From a virus (Duplodnaviria; Heunggongvirae; Uroviricota; Caudoviricetes), in the IMG/VR virus record IMGVR_UViG_3300031414_000001, positions 240,437 through 304,436 of that record: a DNA stretch of 64,000 bases. The stretch is one strand, 5' to 3'. Under the pieces are notes generated by a model that saw only the letters and a list, made by a program, of their open reading frames with translations, was not told where the DNA came from and searched no databases. Position numbers and translations under genes: made by a program. Positions 38,712 to 47,012 of the stretch are shown here, piece after piece. Numbering within the stretch: position 1 is the stretch's first letter; each line of letters begins with the position of its first letter.

Positions 38712-39410
38712 TTACTCGCCAGCGTTTTCGGTTTCAGCTTCGCTTTCGGCTTCGACTTTATACGCTTTGATAAAGTCGTCACGGTCAAGGCCGCTTTCAG
38801 ACAGAATCGCTTTGAGTTCGTTACCCATGTTACCTTTTACCGGCATATCGTACTGTTTGCCGTTGTATTCAACCGTTACACGGTCGTAGCTGTTTTTCGG
38901 CTCTGCGGCGGCTTTCAGTTTCGCTTTCGCACCAGCTTCGACGGCGGCTTTAGCCATTGTCAGATCCATGCCTGAATCGAGCAGCAGTTTCAGCATCGCT
39001 TTCTTTTCTTCTTCCATCGCGGCGTTGGCGGCGGCGGCTTCGGCTTCACGCTGAGCTTTCAGGGCGTTGCGGTTCGCTTCGCGGTCTGCTTTGCGTTTAG
39101 CGATGTTTTCCGCTTCACGTTCCAGGACAGCAGGGATCAGCGTTACAGTCGCAGACAGCAGGCGGGAAATGATTTCCACGTTGTCGGACTTGTCAACCAG
39201 GTAATCAGCCAGGGCAGCCGCCTGAGTGTTTACGAACGCCGTTACATCGCCTTCGAATTGTGCCAGTACTTCAGGGCTGTGCGACTCGCCTTCTTTCAGG
39301 GTAGCCAGTACCGGAGCAGACGCCAGCACAATGCTGTTCAGGGTTACTTTAGGAGCTTTAACAGCAGTTTCAACGGTAGCAGCAACAACAGTTTTGTTAG
39401 ACTTAGACAT
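38712..39410 (-). CDS. Ala/Glu/Lys-rich protein encoded on a GC-rich island (232 aa)
   Basis: Long ORF whose local GC is visibly higher (about 55%) than surrounding DNA. Low-complexity A/E/K repeats (AKAAVEAGAKAKLKAAAEPK). Confidence 0.55.
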   Translation of the reverse strand: MSKSNKTVVAATVETAVKAPKVTLNSIVLASAPVLATLKEGESHSPEVLAQFEGDVTAFVNTQAAALADYLVDKSDNVEIISRLLSATVTLIPAVLEREAENIAKRKADREANRNALKAQREAEAAAANAAMEEEKKAMLKLLLDSGMDLTMAKAAVEAGAKAKLKAAAEPKNSYDRVTVEYNGKQYDMPVKGNMGNELKAILSESGLDRDDFIKAYKVEAESEAETENAGE

Positions 39411-40379
39411 AATATGTACCTTCTTAAAAGTGATTGATTAATTTGTTTGTCTGATTCGCTCTTGCGTTTCAGTGATTACATCTTACTACGTTTCGTTTCT
39501 TTCGGTCAAGGACTTTTTCAACTTTCTAGAAACTTTTTTTCGTTTCATCTCCAGGCGGTAGATAGGACGCTAACAGTTAGTTAGCCTTTATAACGCTACG
39601 TTGCCTTTGTCGGTCATACGCTGTAACAGTACTATCTATTCTAGCCCTGTTACCGTTTCCTATCATCCGGCGAACCTTACCGCCTTTCGATGATTGACAT
39701 TCTACACTACTCAATCTAGCAGTCAAGTACTTTCTCAAATCTTTTTCGCGTTTCCGCTTAAGTCATTGTTTCAGTACTGAATGCCAGGTTTTTAAAGAGC
39801 GGTGTTTCGTGTCGTTGGAGCTATACTATCATACAGAACGAACCATGCAAGGACTTTTTCACTTTTTCATTAAAATAGTTTCGTTCCTCGCTTTCCTTCA
39901 TTATATGCACTTCCTGGTTCCTGTATCGAGTTCTAAGCCCTTTAACAGTACTAACATACACATTCACCAGGGATCGAACTACAAACGCTTAAACGGCTTT
40001 ATATTACGTATAAGGAAGGGCTAAAAAGTTTTGTAAAGATTGTAGAAAGTACTGGACAGCAGATCCCGAATAAGGCATAATAACTACATAGACGCGAGAA
40101 AGCGGAGACCCCAGGGGGTGGCAAGTTGCGTCCAAAATTCGTATAAAAAACTACAGACGGATCTTGCCACCCTCTAGGGTCGCCCATTTCGCTGGTGTGT
40201 GGATATAGTACTATAATCCGGCCAGGTCTGTCAAATTTATTTTTATTGAAAAAAGTACTTGCATTCGTCGCTCAGTATGATAATATAGCTCTGTCAACAC
40301 GAAAAGACAGCTTTCGATTCTGCCTGGTACTAACCAGACGCGGAAGGGGAGCTAATGGAAAAATGACAGAAAAAAACCA

Positions 40380-40520
40380 TTTAGCCGTCTAAACGTCTAG
40401 CCATCTAGACGGATAGCCATCTAGCCTTTTAGCCGTCCAGAAGGATAGCAGTCTATACGTCTATACATCCAGCTATCTACACTTCCAGAAGTCTATCCAT
40501 CTTCTGACAGCAGACGGGAT
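40380..40520. repeat. iteron-like array of about 10 direct/inverted copies of AGCC(A/G)TCTA / GTCTA(T/G)
   Basis: ttagccgtctaaacgtctagccatctagacggatagccatctagccttttagccgtccagaaggatagcagtctatacgtctatacatccagctatctacac... Confidence 0.6.
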
Positions 40521-40730
40521 TGATCCGTCTATCGAATACCAATACAGTACTGTAATTGTATCTGTATCTTGGACTCTCTCAATTAAAATTTAACAGTACT
40601 GACACTATACTCTCTAGGGTAATATCTACCGTACAAAAATATAATGCCAGTACTGTCGAAGTGCATCAAGTGCTACTCAAATACGCTTAGTACTCAATTT
40701 CCTAAGCAACGCAAGAAAGGAGGAAAAACT

Positions 40731-40802
40731 ATGAACACGAGGGTTCAAGTCACCAGGCAGTCTACACCAACCAGGCTAGGCTTCAGTACTGGCAGCTATT
40801 AA
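40731..40802 (+). CDS. 23-codon mini-ORF with perfect RBS (MNTRVQVTRQSTPTRLGFSTGSY)
   Basis: AAAGGAGG 7 nt upstream of ATG, inside an otherwise ORF-free 2-kb region. Confidence 0.35.
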   Translation: MNTRVQVTRQSTPTRLGFSTGSY

Positions 40803-41426
40803 CCACCTCCTGAACCATGTGTGTATATTACCGTACCACCAGCCAGAACGCAAGGACTTTCTTCAACTATTTTCATAATACTCTAGTACTGTAAATGTAT
40901 CCAGTACTGTACATATACACATGGGTGCTGGTGGTTCGAACTTTAGTTACAACATCTTATTCTATATTCTTTCGAAGATAGTCTAGTACAGAAATGATTT
41001 CGAGTACTATTGAGATTTAGGCTGGAGGTTCAAAGGTACTTCAAAATTTCTAGGATCGAGATTTAGGATAGAGTACTTTCCAGATTTTAGCTGAAGTGAG
41101 TTCTGGTTTTTTCAGTACTGAGATTTCCGTTCGACTTCAGGAACAGATATAGCGGAAGGGGGTTGACCAGTACTGGCAAGGGATGTTACAGTACTGGAGT
41201 GTACACTGTATGTATCTTCAGTACTGATAACTTATACATAATGTAGATTTTTACAGTACTGTATATTAATACATGGAATATCGCGAACGCTATTTTAGCT
41301 AGTTTGAATCCTTTCGATATCGCAATAGCGATACTACAGGAATCAAACACATGGCGTATAGAGCGTTCTAGGAGGTTCTAAGGGGTGTTTGAGATAGGTT
41401 TGTAGTACTGTTCTATATAGGTAAAG

Positions 41427-41438
41427 TGGGTAAATACT
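41427..41438 (+). promoter_or_regulatory. GGGTAAATAC motif (candidate late-type promoter) 33 nt upstream of first tagged gene
   Basis: gtGGGTAAATACtg. The same motif precedes genes at 47061, 48313, 59446 and (as GGTAAATTA) the SPFH gene. Confidence 0.4.
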
Positions 41439-41471
41439 GATAAGAATTTTTATTATAAGGAGATAAAAGGT

Positions 41472-43502
41472 ATGTTACCCTTTCCAATATTAAACTACTA
41501 TGGGAATAACATTGTACCTCCAGTAAAGACAATAGAAAGATTTTCAATATCCTCCAATGGTTCAGGAGTACTGTTACATTATGCTAATGGTGATTTATAT
41601 GCTTTAGGAACTAACACTGCTGGTAAGTTTGGTACAGGTGATACTACGAACATAACTGGTGCTTGGAGACTCATAGCTAGTAATGTACGTAAGTATGTAT
41701 GTTCTCATAACTTCACTATAATCATACACAATGATGGTTCAGTTCAGTACTCAGGCAATGTGAGTAATATTTTCACGTCAGCATTAGGATATTCATTTAG
41801 TACTACGAATGTGTTTACTGACATGAGTTCGGCGTTTAGTTCCTTTGATGTTCTAGGCATTAAGTCCTTAGAGTCTATGGAAGATTCAGGATATAGATTT
41901 TGGCTAATTGATAAGAATGATGTGTTATGGTGTATTGGTTCTAATCAGTACTACGCATTAGGTAGTTCTTCTAGTCTTACTACAACGAATTGGGTACAGG
42001 CAGTTAATGGTACTAATGTCGAAAGAGTTATGCCTGGATTACAATCAGTATGGATTAAGAAGAAAGATAATACGTACTGGAGAGCGGGAACTAATGCTTA
42101 TGGTTTATTAATGAGTAGTTCAGCTTCACAGACATATACGACATTTACTGTACAGAATTCATATGCCGGTACAGCGGCGAATAACACTATACGGAATCTA
42201 ACAGTAACTCCATACAACATGTATATGAATTTAGAAGACGGTTCAGTACGTATCTATGGTGTAAGAAACTCTGGTCAGACAGGTACAGGAAGCACAACTG
42301 GTACGGCATTGATTCCAGATAATCCATCGGGAACAAGTGGAGTTCTGAAGTTACTGGATAGTACTGGTTCGTTTTACAGTTCTTATTTGGTTGGGCCGAA
42401 TGGATTATTGGTAGCAGGTCAAGGTACTAATAACATGTTTGGTTTAGGTACGGGGGCATCTCCTACAACCTTTACGTTATCTAACACAGGTGTAATGACT
42501 AATTTAGATTATGCTAATTTAGATTACTTGAACTTCGTTACATCTAATGCTGGGTATGCTGTAATTGGTGGGGAAGTATATACTGCTGGTAATAGTGCTT
42601 ATACATTAGGTGCTACGTCATATATTACGTGGACATTGATGAATACACCACAGAGTCAGTTATGGGGAACATCAGGAATGGTTAGTACTATAACTAATGC
42701 TTCGACTACTTCTCCGACAATGACTAGATATTCTCACAGCAGATGTAGTTATGGAGATGATAAGTTCATTATCTATGGTGGATATAATGGTTCGACGATT
42801 TTTAATGATATTAACATTTACGATGGTACTACAGGAACGTGGAGTACTGTACCAGTGACGGGAACTACGAAGGCATTATTTGGTGCAGGTATTACTACTA
42901 TTGGTGATACGATGTATGTCTTTTGTGGTAACAGTACTACCTCGACTACGACGAACACGATTTATTCAGTTAATTTACTTACTGGAGATTGGACTACGAT
43001 TACGCCGAGTGGAAGTACTATAAGTGCTAGATCGCATGTACGGGCGTGTACTATAGGAACTATGATATACATATGGGGTGGTGAGAGTGTTAACACATGG
43101 TTCTCATTTAATCCGGTTACGAATGTAGTAGCTTCTATGCCTACATCGCCAGTAACATCTAGTATTGATGCGGATATGGTTACTGATGGTAAGGATATAT
43201 TTGTTAACATTGGTACTACGGCGTTTTACAAGTACAGTACTAGTAAAGCTGCTTGGATAGTACTAGCTAATAAGAATAATGCGGCATTGAAGCTCGCATA
43301 TAGTAATGGATATATCTATGGTTCTATGGCGGGGAATACATTCTTGTTCGCATATAAGGTCAGTACTAACATATGGACGCAATTACCTAATCCTTCATTG
43401 ATTAGTACTAGTCGTCATTGTTTAGCATCAGCGGCGGGTAAGGTTGTGTATACGGGTGGTATAGCTAGTACTAACAGCAATAACTGTTTTACAATAACAT
43501 AA
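41472..43502 (+). CDS. MLPFPxL-tagged RCC1-like + Kelch-like beta-propeller protein (676 aa)
   Basis: N-terminal tag MLPFPILNYYGN. RCC1-type GxNxxGxLGxG blades (GTNTAGKFGTGDTTN, GSNQYYALGSSSS). C-terminal Kelch-like blades (RYSHSRCSYGDDKFIIYGG, RSHVRACTIGTMIYIWGG). Confidence 0.75.
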   Translation: MLPFPILNYYGNNIVPPVKTIERFSISSNGSGVLLHYANGDLYALGTNTAGKFGTGDTTNITGAWRLIASNVRKYVCSHNFTIIIHNDGSVQYSGNVSNIFTSALGYSFSTTNVFTDMSSAFSSFDVLGIKSLESMEDSGYRFWLIDKNDVLWCIGSNQYYALGSSSSLTTTNWVQAVNGTNVERVMPGLQSVWIKKKDNTYWRAGTNAYGLLMSSSASQTYTTFTVQNSYAGTAANNTIRNLTVTPYNMYMNLEDGSVRIYGVRNSGQTGTGSTTGTALIPDNPSGTSGVLKLLDSTGSFYSSYLVGPNGLLVAGQGTNNMFGLGTGASPTTFTLSNTGVMTNLDYANLDYLNFVTSNAGYAVIGGEVYTAGNSAYTLGATSYITWTLMNTPQSQLWGTSGMVSTITNASTTSPTMTRYSHSRCSYGDDKFIIYGGYNGSTIFNDINIYDGTTGTWSTVPVTGTTKALFGAGITTIGDTMYVFCGNSTTSTTTNTIYSVNLLTGDWTTITPSGSTISARSHVRACTIGTMIYIWGGESVNTWFSFNPVTNVVASMPTSPVTSSIDADMVTDGKDIFVNIGTTAFYKYSTSKAAWIVLANKNNAALKLAYSNGYIYGSMAGNTFLFAYKVSTNIWTQLPNPSLISTSRHCLASAAGKVVYTGGIASTNSNNCFTIT

Positions 43503-43511
43503 GGAGAGAAT

Positions 43512-44612
43512 ATGTTACCATTTCCAATAATGAATCAGTACGGTAATGAAGTAGTTTATCCTGATGTGATAAAGAAGCTCAGTACTGGTCAGAACAACAC
43601 AGGGTTATTAAAAACTAATGGTGATTTTTACATACAAGGATTAAACAACGTAGGGCAAAGTGGTACAGGTAATACTAATGATGTAGTTAACTTTACTAAA
43701 GTGGATTCTGGTGTTGCTGATATTAGTGTAGGGTACAATACTTCCTTTTATAGAAAAGGTACTAACCAGATAATGGGTACTGGAGTTTTCAGTTATATAG
43801 ATGGAACAGTGCAAAAGAATACATGGACACAAATCAATTCATTGTTTACATCACTTAGTGTATCTTTTGAATTATTTTTAGATATAAGAACAAGTAGTTC
43901 AGGTTTGTTCGTATTGTACAATGGAAATTATTTGTACTGTCGTGGTTCAAATACAAATGGTGATTTAGGTGTTACTTCGAACACTAGTACTTGGTCATTA
44001 AGTGCTACTGATGTAAAGGAAGTTCATTGTGGGTATGAGTGTAGTTACATATTAAAGACTAATGGTGATTTATATGCTTCAGGTACTAACAGTAGGGGGC
44101 AATTAGGCACAGGTAATACTACTCGTTCAAATACTTGGATACTAATACAGCAGAATGTATTACAAGTTTATGCTGGTTTTTATAATCTAATCATTGCTAA
44201 GAGTGATGGGCTATATGGTGTAGGTGCTAGAGAGAATGGATTGTTAGGTGATGGTTATACCAGTTCAACAGCATCAAATCAATTAGGTTTTGTAAAATTG
44301 AATATTCCCAATGGAAGTTATAATTTAGGACGCGGTTTCATTTACAGTTCAGGAAACGCGGTACTGGATACTGGTGTTGCTTATGTATCTGGGGTTAATG
44401 CTGCGGTTGGTGGTGCTGGGGCGAATAATGGTTTATTCACACAAGCACAAGGAACATTACCAATGAACTTAAAAGGATTAAATTTAATGGCTAATGGTAT
44501 ATTAGTACATGATGGTACGGATATATGGGGTTCTGGTAATGGACGATTACTACCTGGATATGGTTCAGGAACTTATACAACCTTTGTAAAATGTACAATG
44601 CCAACTACATAA
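43512..44612 (+). CDS. MLPFPxL-tagged RCC1-like beta-propeller protein (366 aa)
   Basis: Tag MLPFPIMNQYGN. Repeats GLNNVGQSGTGNTN, GSNTNGDLGVTSN, GTNSRGQLGTGNTT, GARENGLLGDGYT. Coupled via TAAGGAGAGAAT-ATG. Confidence 0.75.
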   Translation: MLPFPIMNQYGNEVVYPDVIKKLSTGQNNTGLLKTNGDFYIQGLNNVGQSGTGNTNDVVNFTKVDSGVADISVGYNTSFYRKGTNQIMGTGVFSYIDGTVQKNTWTQINSLFTSLSVSFELFLDIRTSSSGLFVLYNGNYLYCRGSNTNGDLGVTSNTSTWSLSATDVKEVHCGYECSYILKTNGDLYASGTNSRGQLGTGNTTRSNTWILIQQNVLQVYAGFYNLIIAKSDGLYGVGARENGLLGDGYTSSTASNQLGFVKLNIPNGSYNLGRGFIYSSGNAVLDTGVAYVSGVNAAVGGAGANNGLFTQAQGTLPMNLKGLNLMANGILVHDGTDIWGSGNGRLLPGYGSGTYTTFVKCTMPTT

Positions 44613-44622
44613 GGAGAGACAG

Positions 44623-45129
44623 ATGTTACCTTTTACACAATTATTGGTTTATGGAAATACTGTAATTAGAAATGAATATAATATGTTTGTTTCTGAATTA
44701 ACTTCAAATAGTACAAATAAGTCCGTAGTTTATAATCAATCATACAGTGCTATAAATGGAACTACATATAATAGAGTTTATATGTATAGTACTGCTGCAC
44801 TATCAGGCACATTATGGGGAACACCATATGGTAATAAAATGACATGGGATAGTTCATTTTGTAGAGTTATACAACATGCGTTTCCTACCCAGGCATTATA
44901 TAGTGATTTTATTGCTAATCCTGGTAATCGAGTTGTATGTTTAGTTCGTTCAGCAACGGCGAGTGGGAGTGGGTATGTATCATTATCCAGAAATGGATAT
45001 ACAAGTTCATCATATGGATCATTTACTGGTTGTACTGTAACACAATTTATATATTTTGATCCTGTTACACAACGTGTTATGACATATAATCCTAGTACTG
45101 TTAGTACTCCAACATTTTATTACACATAA
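44623..45129 (+). CDS. MLPFxQL-tagged small protein (168 aa)
   Basis: Tag MLPFTQLLVYGN; TAAGGAGAGACAG-ATG coupling; no propeller repeats. Confidence 0.6.
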   Translation: MLPFTQLLVYGNTVIRNEYNMFVSELTSNSTNKSVVYNQSYSAINGTTYNRVYMYSTAALSGTLWGTPYGNKMTWDSSFCRVIQHAFPTQALYSDFIANPGNRVVCLVRSATASGSGYVSLSRNGYTSSSYGSFTGCTVTQFIYFDPVTQRVMTYNPSTVSTPTFYYT

Positions 45130-45140
45130 GGAGAGAATGG

Positions 45141-46307
45141 ATGTTACCATTTCCACAATTATTAGATTACGGGAATACTGTTGCTCCACCAGCACCAATT
45201 AAAAAGATACAAACATATTCGAACTCAGTATATGTTTTAATGTCCTCTGGACAATTATATGTTCGTGGATTTAATAGTTCAGGTCAATTAGGTATAGGAA
45301 GTACAGCAACAGTAACCACATGGACATTGAGTACTATACTAGTAGATGATGTATGGGTTGGTGGTAGTGCGGCTTTAATACGTAAAATGGATGGTACTTA
45401 TCAATTCACTGGCAATAATACAAATGTAGGAAATGCTAATGGAACCAGTACTACAACATGGGCTACATGGACTGTTAAGAATACATTAACATCAGGAATA
45501 GTAGATATTGCTTTGAGTTCTCAAAGCATTAGTGTACTGTTAGAAGATGGAACTATTAAGTCGGCGGGTGTTGGTACTAATGGACAGTTAGGTAATAATA
45601 GCACAACAAACAATATAGCTGGTTCTTTTGTAAACAGTACTATACCGAGTGGTATTACACCTGTTTCATTACTGGCTGGTAATACGATGCATGGATTCAT
45701 TGGGAACAATGGTAAGTTGTATCATACTGGTATGGTTAATGCTACTAATACTGTTAGTCCCGGTACTACAACATATCTGGTATATACATTGAATCCAGCT
45801 ATTGGTACTAATACTGCTTTATCATACATGAATAACGCTAATGGATTAGCTATGGGTTTGATTAGAACTCCAGCTAATGTTGTTCGAATGTATTTTGGTG
45901 GTTCAAGAATATTTGGTCAAATGGCAGATGGGGTTAATGGGAACTTATCTAACATTAAAGCTTTTGGTGATTTTACTGGAACTCCATATCCATCAGGAAC
46001 TATTCTTGGTGTAAGTACTGGTTATTCGTATTATGCTCAGATGGTTATTACGAGTACTGGAATATTTGCGGCGGGTCGTAATACTGGAGATCAGTCTGGT
46101 GCTTTAAGTACTGGAATCGCATCAGAAGCATTGACCTATACAGCATGTGTATTACCATCTAGTTTTGATACTACTAATGCGAAAGTACATATGTGTTTAA
46201 GCAGAACGTACTTAACTGATGGTAATTATCTGTATAGTTCAGGTACATATGTTACTTATGGTGGTCCAAGTAGTACTACGTTTACATTAGATGATCCAAG
46301 ATTTTAA
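45141..46307 (+). CDS. MLPFPxL-tagged RCC1-like beta-propeller protein (388 aa)
   Basis: Tag MLPFPQLLDYGN; repeats GFNSSGQLGIGSTAT, GVGTNGQLGNNSTTNN. Confidence 0.7.
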   Translation: MLPFPQLLDYGNTVAPPAPIKKIQTYSNSVYVLMSSGQLYVRGFNSSGQLGIGSTATVTTWTLSTILVDDVWVGGSAALIRKMDGTYQFTGNNTNVGNANGTSTTTWATWTVKNTLTSGIVDIALSSQSISVLLEDGTIKSAGVGTNGQLGNNSTTNNIAGSFVNSTIPSGITPVSLLAGNTMHGFIGNNGKLYHTGMVNATNTVSPGTTTYLVYTLNPAIGTNTALSYMNNANGLAMGLIRTPANVVRMYFGGSRIFGQMADGVNGNLSNIKAFGDFTGTPYPSGTILGVSTGYSYYAQMVITSTGIFAAGRNTGDQSGALSTGIASEALTYTACVLPSSFDTTNAKVHMCLSRTYLTDGNYLYSSGTYVTYGGPSSTTFTLDDPRF

Positions 46308-46317
46308 GGAGAGAGAA

Positions 46318-46971
46318 ATGTTACCATTTCCACAATTAGTTCAGTACGGTAATGTTGTTCAGACCGCATTGATGGATATTGATTTTAATAATAGTACTGT
46401 TGGTAGTACTGTAATTACAGATATTGGTGGACATGTATTCACTAAGATTGGTACAGGTTCAGCGGTAGTAGTTAATGATGCTACAAAGGGGAATGTGATG
46501 CAATTCAGTGGTTCATCATATTTTACAACACCTATGGTTCAAAATATATCTTTAAGTAATTTACATTTCAAGATGCGATTAGTATTCAAGAGTACAGTGT
46601 CATCTGAGAACATGGTATTCAGTACTGGAGATTATTATTCTAGTGGTTCAATAGTAGGTGGTATATTGCTTACCTTATTCAATAACACTGGTTCTCAATT
46701 ATTCTGTACTACAACATCTGGTGTATTCACTCGTTGTCAATTCACATATGTAGTTAATACATGGAGAGATTTAACGATAGAATGGATACCTACAACAAAG
46801 ACAATGATTATACATGATAATGATTCTAACACTAACGTGTTTAGTGGTACTGTTCCTGGTGGATTTGGTGATGGTACACAATTTGCGATTGGTGCTAGTT
46901 ATGTTCGTGGGGCTGGTAATGCTAATTTCCAGGGACAAATACAAAAAATACGTATTGATGCTGTACTATAA
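46318..46971 (+). CDS. MLPFPxL-tagged ConA/LamG-like lectin-fold protein (217 aa)
   Basis: Real start at MLPFPQLVQYGN (the track ORF starts 27 nt earlier). C-terminal ...FAIGASYVRGAGNANFQGQIQKIRIDAVL resembles the LamG/ConA-like F.G.I.E.RI signature. Confidence 0.65.
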   Translation: MLPFPQLVQYGNVVQTALMDIDFNNSTVGSTVITDIGGHVFTKIGTGSAVVVNDATKGNVMQFSGSSYFTTPMVQNISLSNLHFKMRLVFKSTVSSENMVFSTGDYYSSGSIVGGILLTLFNNTGSQLFCTTTSGVFTRCQFTYVVNTWRDLTIEWIPTTKTMIIHDNDSNTNVFSGTVPGGFGDGTQFAIGASYVRGAGNANFQGQIQKIRIDAVL

Positions 46972-46983
46972 TAGTACTCAAAT

Positions 46984-47012
46984 AAAGCTCAACTTAGGTT
47001 GGGCTTTTATTA
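46984..47012 (+). terminator. rho-independent terminator (AGCUCAAC-UUAG-GUUGGGCU + U-tract)
   Basis: Hairpin followed by TTTTATTATTTT. The same CAAC-UUAG-GUUG hairpin type recurs at 48238 and 61806. Confidence 0.6.

Noticed and set aside
40195-40392. 65-aa plus-strand ORF in the control region
   Set aside because: It has no RBS, overlaps the predicted promoter and the start of the iteron array, and reads like noise.
36530-41460. Searched the ORF-free regions for tRNA genes (GGTTCGAAT / GGTTCAAAT T-loop matches at ~36760, 40745, 40935)
   Set aside because: None of the candidate T-loop matches is flanked by complementary T-stem arms or a plausible acceptor stem. No tRNA can be supported by eye.
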